From positions 124,001 through 188,000 of the forward strand of contig OZ025695.1 in assembly GCA_964019335.1 (NCBI GenBank): a DNA stretch of 64,000 nt, given 5' to 3'. Position 1 is the first letter of the stretch. Each line of letters starts with the position of its first letter. A model generated the notes under the pieces. The model did no database searches and was not told the DNA's origin. It was given only the letters and a program-made list of their open reading frames with translations. Of the stretch, positions 47,363 through 60,147 are shown piece after piece. Made by a program: the position numbers and the translations under genes. The stretch comes from Diplonema japonicum (lineage: Eukaryota > Protista > Euglenozoa: Diplonemea).

Positions 47363-48953
47363 CATAGTATCCAGGGTTAACCGATCACCTTCGGGTTTTA
47401 AAACCCGACCCGAGCAATTTTAGATTTTCGATCACTGTCGGGTTTTTTTGTAATTTCGGATCGGTTTGATCGGTTTTTTTCTAATTTCGGATCGGTTTGA
47501 TCGATCCAAAACCCATATTTCTGGCAAAAAAATACCAAGACCAAAGCTCAAATTCTTTTTTCAGAAACCCTATTTTGACGATCTGAGCCCATTCCAGCAA
47601 TCAAAACCCAAAATAGAGCCTTATTTAAGGCTTTAAATGCAGTTTTGAAAAAACTGGTTTTCAGACTTGTTCTGTACCGGGTCAGGGTCTGTTTATGCGC
47701 ACGAGCGGAATTTTACCTAATAAAAATAGCTCATTACGCTGCCATCAACTAGTTTTTCTAGCGCGGCTTCGCAACGGTACGCGACAGCCTACCTCTGCAG
47801 ACGTGTGAGAGGGGGAATGGCTGTCAAGCCCAAATGGACCACAGCCTTGAGACGACCTCATTCGATATCGAAGCGTGGTTGCTGGCTCAGAAAGCTGCTC
47901 TCCCTGTTTTGCATGACAGGGCCTTGTCGCTGCTGTACACGCAGCCTGTGGTAACAGCCTGTGGTAACAGCCGTGGACGCGGTGTTCTCCTCGATCGACG
48001 CCAAGTCCGGAGAGATACGTCGCGTCCGCCTCACACTAGACGTACGAAGGCAGCTGTTGTTCTTGTACCTGAACCAGGACATCAGCGGTGCTCTGTCTTC
48101 GTCTGACAGGCACCACGTTCTCAGGCACGCCGGGTTGCAAGCAAGGAGGAAATTGGGCGTAAGAAATTGGGCGTTCATCGCTGTGTGCGTGCATGGGTGA
48201 ACATCCCGATTTTCGGGAAAATAATCCTTTTCTAAGTCGTTTCGACGCAGGCTTTGTGTATCTGGGAGGTCCGGGAGACGAATAGAAGGGTCCTCCCGTT
48301 CTAATTATTGATTTTTGATTTCGCTCCTATTTAAACAGAAAAAAGAAGAAAAACCGCCAAAAAAAGGGAAAACCCAGCTTTTCGGGAAAATAATCCTTCT
48401 CTAAGTCGTTTTGATGCTCCCTGGGGTCGGCTTTGTGTATCTGGGGGGGCGGGGGACGAATAGAAGGGTTATTATATGCTTGGTTGCATGCTCTCCTCCC
48501 GTTTTAATTATTGACTTTGATTTCGCTCCCAATTAGGACCCTGCCTGAAACAGGGAAGCACCAGCTTTTCGGGAAAATAATCCTTTTCTATGTCATTTTG
48601 ATGCTCCCTGGGGTCGGCTTTGTGTATCTGGGGGGCCCGGGGGACGAAAAGAAGGGTTTTAAGCATGGTTACATGCTCTCCTGTTTTAACTTTTGATTTT
48701 CGGTTTTTTTTTTTGTTTTTTCGCTTTTAATTAAAAACCCGCCAAAAAAAGCGAAAAAACAGCTTTTCGGGAAAATAATCCTTCTCTAAGTCGTTTTGAT
48801 GCTCCCTGGGGTCGGCTTTGTGTATCTGGGGGGACCGGGATACGAATATAAGGGTTTTAAGCATGGTTGCATGCTCGCCTTTCATTTGACGTCAATTTAA
48901 AACCCGATTGTAATTAAAAACCCGCGGGTGATCGGTTAACCCTGGATACTATG
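47363..48953 (+). mobile_element. Non-autonomous hAT-family element with 27-bp TIR and 6-bp TSD (AAGGAA)
   Basis: CATAGTATCCAGGGTTAACCGATCACC inverted at both ends. Remnant of a hAT C-terminal dimerisation domain (DIEAW...LPVL...ALSLL...VFS...RVRLT...LLFLYLN) at ~47834-48076. Confidence 0.88.
48210..48880 (+). repeat. Four subterminal tandem repeats (~170-200 bp) inside the hAT element
   Basis: TTTTCGGGAAAATAATCCTT...GGCTTTGTGTATCTGGG units start at 48210, 48379, 48566 and 48764. Confidence 0.9.
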
Positions 48954-49196
48954 AAGGAAAGAAGAAAAAAAAAAAGAGAAAAAGATATATTGGAAACGCA
49001 ACAGATTAATTATAAAAAAAATAAAGAAAGGGACCCCCCTCGGCCGAGATGTGGCTTCTTCTGGGTTCCGCGGTTCTTGCGGCACACGGCTCCACTCCAC
49101 CTGGGGGGGGGGGGAGTTTTTTTTCCCCTTTTTAAAAAAAAAATCATGCAGCTTGCCACCTTTTCTTTTTTTCATTTTTTTTTTTTTTTTTTTTTT

Positions 49197-49811
49197 TCAC
49201 CACAACCGTCTGGCATGCAGCCGAGACCGTTCATGTGGGGTAGAAGAATACCCATCAGCTGTTTTCTTGCGGCGCACACAGTGTAGTGCTGCACCAGGAG
49301 CTGGCCGGTGTAGAACAGCAGGTTTAAGAGCAGAAGGCGAGACAGTGCCTCGCGAAGGCCTGGTAGATGTAGGTGTCGATCGAGGAGATCGCATTGGGGG
49401 AGAAGAAGGAGAAGGCGAGAGGCGCACAGGAGTCGATGACCCCTCCTTCAGCCTTTCCTTGTCGCGCTCTTCCCTGTAGCGATCCCGCTCAACCCTAGAA
49501 GGCAGCTCATAGGTATGCATGGCAAAGCTTTCTAAAGGCACCTCCAACAGGTCCATTTTGATGCTCGTCACCAGCAGCACTTCCTCCTCTTCCTTCACGC
49601 TCTCCCCCAAATCTATCTCCCGCACCTCTTCTGGATCCGCAAGTGCGCTCAGTTTCGGTGTGCTTGACCCGTACGCCGAGGCCACCCATCCACTGTCCTT
49701 CAGCCTGATAAAACTCTCCCCATCTCCGTCTTTCGTCACCATGATTACAGGCAGCTTATCTCCTTCTTCGGACTCGTCCGAGCTGTCCCACGGGGATGCT
49801 TCTCTTTCCAT
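49197..49811 (-). CDS. Hypothetical protein with Ser/Pro/Arg-rich C-terminal half; 3' end may be spliced further
   Basis: ORF from MEREASPW after an A-rich leader. Confidence 0.55.
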   Translation of the reverse strand: MEREASPWDSSDESEEGDKLPVIMVTKDGDGESFIRLKDSGWVASAYGSSTPKLSALADPEEVREIDLGESVKEEEEVLLVTSIKMDLLEVPLESFAMHTYELPSRVERDRYREERDKERLKEGSSTPVRLSPSPSSPPMRSPRSTPTSTRPSRGTVSPSALKPAVLHRPAPGAALHCVRRKKTADGYSSTPHERSRLHARRLW

Positions 49812-49949
49812 AGAGATTTTCTTTTTTTTCTTCTTTTTCTTTTTCTTTTTCTTTTTTTTTTCTTCCGGTACCACCCCCTCTCTCCCCCAACTGTGAGGGT
49901 AAACATAAGCGAGAATTGATAAGAATTTAAGGGAGGGGGGGAAAAGCGC

Positions 49950-50900
49950 TCAAAGCACAAACCGTGCACCGCCCCCGTATCTATGGAAGACGTCTGGTCG
50001 CACTCTTTTGATGCTGGCGAGGAGCCGTGCAGCCGCCTCGTAGTTCTGCGTAGTTCTGTTGGCAGCCTCTATGACCTTCTGCAGGCTGTCGGTGTCCATG
50101 GTGTGCAGCACGGCACGTGTTTTCCACAGCAAAAGCGGCGCTTCGACAGGGCACCTTTTGGTAGCAGGGAGGGTCAGCGTGCTCGCGATGCCAATGCCCA
50201 CAGGTCGCACAGAGGGGGCGAAACGAAGCGAGTCCCACAGCCCCCTGACGCAGCAGTGGAGAACAGGGTACTCGGACGAGGGTGAGGGCAGCACAACAGA
50301 CGCCTCGCACACTGCCTTCAGCGGTGTCTTCACTATCAGCTTAATGGATCCTGTCATGGAGGTGAGGAGCCAGAGCTTCAAAGACAACACCGCAGCTAGC
50401 TTTGAGATGAGATAAGAGAAGCTTTGCGATTGCGGGATATGCATTTCGAAGCAAGACGTGAAGCCCGTGGAAGAGATTGCCGGTGTTTGGTGCAATGTGG
50501 GCGTTTTGGCCTCATGTGCTAGGATTTGCGAAAGTTGCAGAGGGGGGTCTTCCGAGATTGATTTAATCTGTAGTTTTTTCAGGGTTCGCAAGCTTGGATC
50601 TTGCGAGCATTGTGCACTGCCGCTAGCAACCCTAGCCTCGCCCCACTCTGCCGCCTCTGCTTCGTAAACAGCGCGTCTGCCTTGCCCCTCTTCTGAGACA
50701 CCTGACTTCATGCCCTCATCACCTCCCAAGCACATCTTCGCTAGGTTCTTTTCAGCCAAAAACGTTATGCTGTCCAACCCCACCACTACGCAGTCGCGCG
50801 CCCCTAAGGCTCTTACCCTTTCGATCGCCTCTGTCGTGAGGCCCACTGTTCTTTCAACATCGTCCTCAGGATGCTTCACAATTAGATGCACCGTTTCCAT
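49950..50900 (-). CDS. Hypothetical protein
   Basis: 316-aa ORF with coding-like composition. Confidence 0.65.
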   Translation of the reverse strand: METVHLIVKHPEDDVERTVGLTTEAIERVRALGARDCVVVGLDSITFLAEKNLAKMCLGGDEGMKSGVSEEGQGRRAVYEAEAAEWGEARVASGSAQCSQDPSLRTLKKLQIKSISEDPPLQLSQILAHEAKTPTLHQTPAISSTGFTSCFEMHIPQSQSFSYLISKLAAVLSLKLWLLTSMTGSIKLIVKTPLKAVCEASVVLPSPSSEYPVLHCCVRGLWDSLRFAPSVRPVGIGIASTLTLPATKRCPVEAPLLLWKTRAVLHTMDTDSLQKVIEAANRTTQNYEAAARLLASIKRVRPDVFHRYGGGARFVL

Positions 50901-51029
50901 TCATTTTTTCGGTCTGTTGGACGGTAGGTGGGAGGGAATATGAGAAAATGAGGGGAAAGGAGGGGTTTTATTTCATTACAAGAATGTGGCAAGCCTCTAT
51001 CTAGGATCTAGAAGTAAAAAAAAGGAAGG

Positions 51030-51096
<67 letters not shown>

Positions 51097-51121
51097 ATCT
51101 AACCTAATAAAAGCTGGAATT

Positions 51122-53720
51122 CTACCACCCTTGAGACTGTCTCTTGCGCATATCGGAGATCTGCTGCCTTAACGCTTGTGCTTTCAGAACATTAACCTTC
51201 TCAGGAGGGAGCGGGTCAGTGTAAGAGGGATGGCTGCTTAGCTGCGGGATAGTTTGAGGACATCAAAAAAAAAAATACCTTTGTCTTGCTGGCACTTGGG
51301 GACCTCGAAGGATGTTTGCCTTTCTTAGGTTTCTGTATTTTTTAATTTTTCTATTTCCCCATTTTTCATTTTTCTTCTTTTAAATGTTTATATCATACCG
51401 GGGCTGGATAAGTACGTTTATTCACCTGCCTCCCTTCTAACAACTCTTTGGTCATCTCTCTCTGCCTCGCTTGTATTTTTTCGTTAAAAACTCTTGCAGG
51501 ATCAGACCCGGGACCTCTATCCTTCTGAGGGTGTTGTTCCTGGGCAGGGTACTCAGGTTCCTGAATAAACCGGCCCAGCTGCCCGTCAGCGAAGAGCATG
51601 AGAAGGGATTCCCAAGTAAATTCTCGATCGGGAGGACCAGGGATGGAGGTGATGAAGGTCTCCAAGGCGAGGTCTTGAGGGAACCAGAAGGTCCGAAGCT
51701 GCATCGCGACCTCTGGGTAACGCTTCAGGGAGCGAAGAAGTTGTTGCCTATTGACAAGGCCCACCATGTTCTTATCTGTGAGGTCGAAGAGCTGCCGCAA
51801 GAGATCCCGCTCAACGTCGCTGAAGTAACTTGCTGGTGGAGGCGAGGGCTCCCGCTTCACCCCGCTGGACGAACGCCGTCGTTGCTGTTGTTGTTGTTGG
51901 CTGTATTTTGAACTGTACGACTGGGTCTGGGAGTATCCACCTGCTTGGTTTGAAGACCCTGAAACGCTCCTAGCTGGTGTAGGTATTCTGTGCGCGCCTG
52001 GTGTGTTTGATCTCTCTTCGTAAAGAAGACCTGCATTGTTGTTGGAAACACCACCACCACCACCACCGCCGCCGCCAAGCTGGGAAACAAGCTCTCTCTG
52101 TTGTTTCTGTAGCTTTTCAAGCTCCGCAAGTTCGTCCTCGTCAAGCGGGAGCTCGTCTTCCAGGTCCAGCACCCTTGGGACTTCTGTCAGCCCTGCGACG
52201 TTCCGAAGGTCCAAATTGTGTATAAAGGGGGCGTAGAGGTTTCTGATGTAGCTCGAGAGCTTCTCGAAGCCCTTCCCGTTGTGCCGCTGCACGTAGACGA
52301 GCTCGTTGACGAGCTTGACCTGCACCTTGCGGTCGAGGAAGTATTCGCTGCTTCCGATCTTATGACAGTCGATGGGAACAGGGCAGTTTATGGACGAAAG
52401 GGTACGGGCGACTGCTTCGTCAAGCAGAACCTCTGCAGGGTCCCTGTGCCGTGTGTCGATGGGTGGGTTGTACTCATATGTCTTTTCAGTCAGTTCTTCG
52501 ATCGTCTCGTTCAAGGCTTGTGTCGCGGCGTCGATCAGCAAGCTGTGGTGCGTTCCCTCCGACACCACGGTTTCCAGCCTCCCTCCTAAAGATGAGATTT
52601 CCCTTTTGTACATTTCTCGTGTTGATTTCAGGGCTTCCCGGAGGGCGGTCACTTCGTCGCGGGTGCTTTGGTTGCTGATAGACATGATCTCTTCAAGTTT
52701 TTCAAGAGTTCGTTTTCTTGACTCGTCGGAGTGTCTTGATTCGTTCCGTACAGCTGCCTGGCGTTCCCTCGCAACGGAGTCGAGCTCTTCTGAAAGCGAG
52801 TTGAGTTTTCGAACGGCGCCTGCGAGCTCGTTGTTGTCAGCGGCGTGCTTTTTATTCCGCAGCTTTTCCTTGAGGTGAGCGTTTTCAGTTTGCAAGGTGG
52901 CGAGCGTGGTGTGGGCAGCGTCGAGATCATCTTGAAGATCGTTCTCTGTTCGGTAAGGAGAGAGGGTGAGCGATGTATCCTTTGCAGCTTGTCGTTCAAT
53001 GCGAACACGCTCGCTGACAAGGTCGTTGATGCGGGCTTCGAGGAGGTCTGGGGAGTCAATACCGAATAGGTCCACTACATCGTCCGTAGTTTGCGTACAC
53101 GACTCTGTAACATGGATGGAACGTGATGGGGAGGCTGCTCGGTTTGTCGCGCTGAGAGCTTTTAACACCTTGGCATCGACTACACTGTCTAACTGCCGTA
53201 GCTTCTCCTCAAACATCGCTTCACTTCTCGATTGCATTTCCTGTCCAGCTGTTGATAAAAGCGACCCGAGCCGGTTCTCCACCTCGGTGTGGATCGCTAC
53301 CTCGTATTTTATTTTATCTTTAATTGAACCGACCACCGGTTCGTCAAGAAGCTCTGGTGACGGCCTTATTTTGTAAGCGTCGTAAACATTTGTTTCTGTT
53401 TCCGTTGCTGCCACCGAGGGGCTTTTTGCCGACACCGATACTCTTATATCGAACCCGAAGTAGCGAAGACTTTCCATTTCCTTTTCGGTAAAGGCTCTGC
53501 CTGTCCTCATTACGTCCCGGTAGCCGAATAGGGTTTCGTCTAGTTCTTTTAGAACTTCTCTGCTTTTTTCGACTGCTGCTGCAATTTCGTTTACAACGTC
53601 TTCGCAGCCGCCTTCTCCCTTTACGCCGGAGAGAGCTTGTTCCAGGGAGTCGATTTCGTTTGAGAATTTTAGTTTCATCGCTACCAGCGCATCCTCTGTC
53701 AGTTCTTGGGGTTCTTCCAT
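51122..53720 (-). CDS. Coiled-coil protein with GAS2/GAR-like segment and EF-hand-like motif (3 exons)
   Basis: HKIGSSEYFLDRKVQVKLVNELVYVQRHNGKGFEKLSSYI; LRQLFDLTDKNMVGLVNRQQL. Two 3' introns give the terminus ...KRQSQGW*. Confidence 0.75.
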
Positions 53721-54277
53721 TTTTTTCCCCCCCTCTCCCTCTCTCTTTTTTTTTTTTTTTGAAAGATATGATATAAAAAAAAAGGAAACAGGACAAAAAA
53801 AAAGGGGGGTAACAATGAGGAATGGGGGGGGAGTGGGAGGGAAAAAAAAAAAAAAAAAAAAAAAAAAACAGGTTTTTTTTTTTTGGTTTTTTTTTTTCTT
53901 TCCCTTTTTTTTTTTTTACCCGAGAAGGCTTACTTTAAAAAAAAAACCCCTCCCCTCTCATATCTTAAAAAAAATGACTTTTAAAAAATCGTAGTAATTA
54001 TTTCAGAGATGGGGGGGGGTTTTTTTTTAAACTATTCTAGCCCGGTTTTTAGTTAGGCTTGCTGAGGTACGAGGGCGAATTTATTTATTTTATTTCTTTT
54101 TCCCCTCCCCTATGAGCGGATCTCTCTTGGCGCGCTTTTTTTTTTTTTTTTTTTTTTTTCTTCGTAAATAAAGAATCTTTCCTCGAAATATGTGAAATAA
54201 CAAAAAAAAAGCCACTAGACAATAGAGATAAAAAGGAAGGGATGCTCAAAAAAGATAAAAAGGAGAAAGGGAAAAAA

Positions 54278-54309
<32 letters not shown>

Positions 54310-54548
54310 AACTAAGACTGGGTGAAGGATTAAAGAAGAACAAAAATAAAATGAAAAATAAAGAATAAAAACGCGACTTCAAAAAGCTGGCGAGCAGGCA
54401 CAAGAGGACAAAAAAAAGAAATTTTTATGGTTAATGGTTTCTGTTACTTCGCAAGAGTAGGAGAAAAATAAAAGAGTCGATTTTTAGCATTTGTGACCAC
54501 AGGAATATTCGATATATATACTATATATATACTGAATGCCACCACTAA

Positions 54549-54590
<42 letters not shown>

Positions 54591-54695
54591 CTTGCGAGAA
54601 ACTAGAGCTGTACTTGCTAGATACACAAAAAAGGAATTGGCTGAAGCTGCTGATTCTTTTTTCCTCTTCTTTCGCTCGGCAAATGCTCCATTAAA

Positions 54696-54726
<31 letters not shown>

Positions 54727-55115
54727 TGTTGACGATGAGGCTCTTCTCGCTCTTTCTTTTTTTTTTTTTTTAATTTTCCCTCCATCTAACAAAAAAAAAA
54801 AGAAAACTTTATTTTTTTTTTTTTTAAAATGACCGAAAAAAAAAAGACTTTTATTCTTCTTTTCTTGTTGCTTGGGAGTTGTAAAGGGGGGAAAAAAAAA
54901 ACAAAAAAAATAACATTCTGACATTCCTTTTTTTTTTTTTTTTTTTTTTTTTTGTTTTTTCCTTTTTCCCCTTTTTGTTTTGCATGTATTCTTTTTAAAT
55001 GTACTGCACACTGCATTGGGTTAAACCTTTTTTTTTGGGGGGGCCCTCTTTAGTACTTAAAAAAATAAGAAGAAGAGAGTTGAACAAGAAAAACAAAAAA
55101 AAAACAAGAGAAAAA

Positions 55116-55195
55116 TCAAGAAGAGTCTTCAGGAAAGGTCAATTTATGCCTTCTGCACAACATGTCGTAAAGTGCTGCCTCAGAGTCTTTGTACT

Positions 55196-55231
<36 letters not shown>

Positions 55232-55909
55232 CTCACACCTCCTCAATAATCAGCTCGACTGACCTTTCCGACTTTTTCTCAGTGTCTATGTAAATCTTCT
55301 TAATTCGTTCGATCAAGATGTGTGTAGGTATCTGGAGGAGAAAAAAGATTTTTATTATTATTATTTTAAAAAAAAAAGTAAAAAGTTTGTTCTCACACCA
55401 TTTTGCTGGGAGATGTTGACCGCCTCCTTGAACGGGCAGGCGAGAGGTGTGAAGTGCTTCTGGCGACATGAGCAGCAGGCGACGATGGGGCGCTGTCATC
55501 CTCCGGGGGCGGGGTCACAGTGGTGGCCACAGTAGGAGCAGCATTCGCCCGTTGCACGTTAACCTTCTTCCTTGCTCCCCCCAGCGGCTTCCTGCTCAAA
55601 GTAGGGGACCCTGTCTCTGACCCGCCACCGCTCTCAGCGTCGCTCTTAATCTCCTCCACCACCCCCGTGCTCCCAGTGGGTGTCGATGGCGTAGATCGCC
55701 CGAAAAGTCGTTTTATAAAAGAAGGTTTTGCAGCCGCCTCCTGCATCGAGGTGTCCTCAGGCACTCCTGTGCATTTTTTTTCTTCTTTTTTTGTTTTTTT
55801 CTTTTTTTCTTCTTCTTTTGTATACCTAAAGCGGCTTCCCATAGCTTTACGTACTCCTTCTCCGTCACTACCGAGGACATGTCTGTCCAGAGGCCCATAA
55901 AGGCGCCCC

Positions 55910-55944
<35 letters not shown>

Positions 55945-58465
55945 TGTTGAATATTGATACCTGAGCGTCTGTCGTGAATATAGACTTGTAGTGTCCGTGG
56001 TTGCCAGTGCAGTGCTCCACGATGACCTGCTGTGTGACGGACTCTGTGCTGGACATGAGGAAGGTGAACATTTTGTCGGGTGCTGTGGGCAAGGCTGTCC
56101 CCATGGTGTTGACGGTTGTGACGGTGGTGGTGGTGGTGGTGGTCGATGTCTCTGCTGCGTCGTAGCTCTCCCTCATGAGGTTCAGGATCTCGTCATCGTC
56201 ATCCTCTAGGCTCTGCCTTGCTGCGAGCTCTCGTTCCTTTTCCTTCTCTTCTCTAGCCTTCTTTGCTTCCTCCTCTTGCTTCTGCTTCAGAACGGCTCTT
56301 CTTTCCCTCTCCTTCCGCTCCCCCTCCGCCAGTCTTTCTTTTCTCTCCTGGTCGGCCTTCTTCCTCTCCTCCTCCAATGCCATCCGCTCCACAACCCTCC
56401 TTGCTTCCTCGTCTGCTTTTTCTTTCTTCTTCCGTTCTACCTCTCTCGCTTCTTCTGCCTTCCGCTCTTCTTCAGCTTGTTTTGCTTCTTTCGCTTTTCT
56501 AGCCTCCTCAGCTTTTTTCGCTTCTTCGGCCTTTCTTGCTTCCTCGGCCTTTCTTGCTTCCTCGGCCTTTCTTGCTTCCTCGGCCTTTCTTGCTTCTTCA
56601 ACCTTTTTAGCTTCCTCAGCTTGTTTTTCTTCTTCGGCTTTGCGGGCTTCCTCAGCTTGTCTTGCTTCCTCGGCTTGCTTTGCTTCTTCTGCTTGTTTGG
56701 CCTCTTCTGCTTGTTTAGCTTCTTCGACCTTTCTTGCTTCGTCCTCTACTTTTAAAGCTTCTGCCGCGAGCCTTGCCTCTTCCTTCCTCTGGGCCTCCTC
56801 AGCCTTCCTGGCGTCTTCAGCGAGCCTGGCTTCCTCCGCCTTGTGCTCCTCTTCCTCCTGGCGCACTTGTTCCGCCCTTCTTTCCTCTTCGAGTCGTGCT
56901 TCTTCAGCGAGCCTTTTTTCCCCCTCTAAACGTGCCTCTTCTGCCGCAAGTTTTTCTTCTTCAGCTTTTTTAGACAACTCCGCTTTTTCTCGCTCTTCCT
57001 CTTTCTTAGCCGCTGCCTGCTTCTCGGCTGCCGCTTTTTCTTCTTTTTTTGCCTCTGCTGCCTTCCTAGTTTGCTCGGCTTTGGCCTCAGCAGCTTGTCT
57101 GGCCTCTTCCTTCTTCGCCTGTGCCGCCTTCTTCACTTGCTCAGCTTTGGCTTCGGCAGCTTGTCTAGCCTCTTCCTTCTTCGCCTCGGCCATCTTTTTC
57201 TTTTCAGCTTCGCGTGCTTTGCGCTCCGCCATCTCTTGCTCCCTCTTTTCTGTGGCTTTGGCTTCTTGTGCTTTCTTCTCATCGGCTCTCTGTTGCTTCT
57301 CGGCGAGGAGGCGTTCGGAGCGTGCCTTTGCTTCTTGTTCCTTTTTGGCTTGCGCTGCTTTTCTCTCCTCCACACGTTTGGCTTCAGCTGTTTTCCGCTC
57401 TTCGGCACGTTTGGCTTCAAGCGCCTTCCGATCTTCTATCTTCTTGTCCTCCACCGTGCGGGTCGGTGACTCTGCTTTGAGGTCGTCAGCGTTCATGACA
57501 AGGGGTATGGGGGCAATGTCCCTCAAGGAGACGCGGTTGGGGTCGGCGTAGGAAGCCTTCTTTGCGGAGCCGAGGGAACCAGAGCGGGGGGGCTTGGGGT
57601 CAGGTGAAGGCCGCTTCTCCGGGGTGCGGGGCCCGCTTGGTGCTGGAGAGAGGGAGCGGCGGGGGGTGGACCGACCACGGGAGATTTCATCAAGGGACTT
57701 GTTGAGGTCAGGCTGGAAAGGGAAATCGTAGAGTGCCTCGAGTCTCACGGCACGCTTCTGCCTGCGGATCTCAGCGTCCCCGTAGAGCCGTTCCACTGCA
57801 GACTCCATTCTCGCCCTTGTTATCCTCCCTCTTGCGATGGCCTGGATTTTCACAGCTGCATCATGCGCCTTCTTCGGATCGATGTAACTGAGTCTATCAA
57901 ATACCGCAGGCGACGTTGCCTGTGGTGTGCTGTCTCGCCTCTTCCTCCTGCCGGTGATGACAGGGTGGTATGTACACCCTTTGAGTGAAAGCTCGTCGGA
58001 TTTCTTGTGTAACGTTTCCAGACGAGCGTTGCGCTCCTCACTAGCGATGGTGCCCCCCATCCTCTCCCAAAACGGAGTGTTGTCACGGTCCTTCTCCATC
58101 CGTTTGCTGGCCTGTGTCAGCTGCGGCTGGAATGTGCATTTCTGCAGTTCCTCTAGCTCATGTGACGTGAGGTCGTCCCGACGACGCTCACCCATTTTGA
58201 GAACCCCTGCCTCGTAGAGGTGCACAACCCTTCGTGGTGTGTTCGGCTTGCTGCCTGTTCGTGGCGCGTGCTTCGCATCAGAAGAGCTTCTCTTTATCTT
58301 CTTCGTCGCAAGCATGGGGACCTTCTGCGTGACCCCTTGTAAGTTCAACGCCTTCAACTGTTCCAACAGCTGCGGCGGCAGCGTGGCCTGCCCTTTAACC
58401 ACCGCAAGGAGCACGGCGCTTATTGCCTCTTCAAGCTGCTGGACCCTCCCATCCCCCGCTCCCAT
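55116..58465 (-). CDS. Large charged alpha-helical protein with IQ motif and (AEEARK/AEEAKQ)n repeats (5 exons)
   Basis: AAVKIQAIARGRITR, CTFQPQL/CTYHPVI repeats and an E/A/K hexad array. Introns including 55911-55960 and 55194-55238 join the exons in frame. Confidence 0.82.
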
Positions 58466-58626
58466 TAGTTCAATTTATTTTTTTCTCCCTTTTTTTTTTT
58501 CTTCTTTTCTTCTTCCTTTTTTTTTCCCCCTCTTACTTCTTCGTTTTCTTAGCACACACCCCTCCCTCCCCTCCACCTAAATGTACTTTTTTTTGTTGCT
58601 TTCTTTTTCGCTTAAAAAAAAAAAAA

Positions 58627-59751
58627 TCAAACTCCGACTCTACCGTGCATCTTCACGTGGTGCGCGTCGGATGTGAGTTGTGCAGCAGTACGAAGCAGCC
58701 CGGACTGCGGTGTGGCGATTTTTTTGAAGATTGAAACAGCTTTGATCCCCGCCTCGTACGCCCCGTCGGTGTCCTCAAGATACCACTTCAGCTTCGCGAT
58801 GTTAAGGTAATGACACGCAACGGAAGGGTGCAGCTCGGTGTTGTACAGCACCATAAAGGGGAGCAAGGACATCGACTTGTCCAGCGCAGCAGGGTACTGT
58901 GCAGAGGCGATTAAATTGACAATCTCGATGTTCCCGTCTCGCAAGACGCAAGGTGGGTACTTGTCGGTAAGAGCAGTCTCGGAAGCCCCACAACGCGAAC
59001 AGGTACAAGCAAACCCATACCTATCAGACAACTCCGCATTTCGCTCCTCCTTAGTAGAAGCTAGCTCAACGTAAGATATTGTGAGCTCATCGCCTTTCTG
59101 AATGGGTTTGATAGCCATGAAGTGGACAGTTTTGCCTGTGAATGAAGCTGTCATGTTTGGGACGCACGAATGGTTGATTTTGCTCGATGTTGAATAGATG
59201 GTGTAGGCTGCTGTTTCCATGTCGTCGTTGGTCACGCTGAAGGTGTTTGCCTCGCACTTGGCAAAAACCGATAGCAGGAAGTTCAGTTCTTGTTCGGGTT
59301 CGCCGGCCTTGCGGAGTAAAGAGTTCGCCAGAACCGACATTTGTACGTACATTTCTCTTCTCTCCTTCTTGATGCTGTTGAGGTGTGATGTGAGCCCGTT
59401 TAGAAACGTCTCGCGGTTTTTAAGCAGTAGGACCCTGAAGACTAGGACGAGTGTGGGTGTTGGGGTGATGTTGTCCTCTTCGAGGGTTTTGAACGCCTTG
59501 CACTCTTTCTTGTGCCAGCCCTTCCACGCTTTCTTTTGACATGCCTGACCGCAGTAGTGGGTTTTTTTGCAGGCGCCGCACCTTAGCAAATCCTCGCTGC
59601 TCGCCTTTAAGCAGGTGTCGCATACGTCCTTCGTGGCGGCGTGGGCCACGCTGTCCTCTGTAAGGACGGTTCCCTCCTTGATATCGCTGGCTGCCATCAG
59701 CGCCTTCCCCTTCCCCTCTATCGTTGCCGTTTCGTACAATGCTGATGACAT
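58627..59751 (-). CDS. SMYD-family SET/MYND lysine methyltransferase
   Basis: GKGKALMA, MYND finger CDTC...CGAC...YCGQACQKKAW...HKKEC, INHSCVPN, ELTISY, YGFACTCSRC. Confidence 0.93.
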   Translation of the reverse strand: MSSALYETATIEGKGKALMAASDIKEGTVLTEDSVAHAATKDVCDTCLKASSEDLLRCGACKKTHYCGQACQKKAWKGWHKKECKAFKTLEEDNITPTPTLVLVFRVLLLKNRETFLNGLTSHLNSIKKERREMYVQMSVLANSLLRKAGEPEQELNFLLSVFAKCEANTFSVTNDDMETAAYTIYSTSSKINHSCVPNMTASFTGKTVHFMAIKPIQKGDELTISYVELASTKEERNAELSDRYGFACTCSRCGASETALTDKYPPCVLRDGNIEIVNLIASAQYPAALDKSMSLLPFMVLYNTELHPSVACHYLNIAKLKWYLEDTDGAYEAGIKAVSIFKKIATPQSGLLRTAAQLTSDAHHVKMHGRVGV

Positions 59752-60147
59752 TTTCTTTTTTTTTTCCTTTTCTTCGAATTGTAAAAAAAAAAAGGGGGTG
59801 CGACATTTGTACACAAGGGAGGGAGGGAAAAAAAAAAAAGAAGAAGAAGAAGGAAATCGTGAAAAAATTATGGAGAGGAAATGGGGGGGGATTGAGTTGT
59901 GTTCTTTTTTTGCCCCCCTCTTTTTTTTTTGCGACAATGTCAACATCATACTCTCTTAAAAAGCATTTTGTGTCGGTCTCTTTTGAGCATTGTCAGAGGG
60001 GGGGGAAGGGGAAATAAAACAGAAGGTATCACGCTAACCGATAAAGTTGGGTGACTTCCAAACAATGAGAGCGAGAAGAGGGAAAAAAGAAGAAAAAATA
60101 TATGAGTTAAAGGAAGTCTTTGTGAGACGCCCCCTTGTTCTCATCCT

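Noticed and set aside
48210-48880. Repeat array as CRISPR
   Set aside because: Whole ~170-200-bp units are homologous and lie inside hAT TIRs; no cas genes; eukaryotic context
49812-49970. Splice joining the 50900 and 49811 ORFs into one gene
   Set aside because: No convincing in-frame junction; reads better as an acceptor plus purine-rich 5' UTR
56175-57551. 458-aa plus-strand ORF
   Set aside because: Antisense shadow of the E/A/K repeat gene
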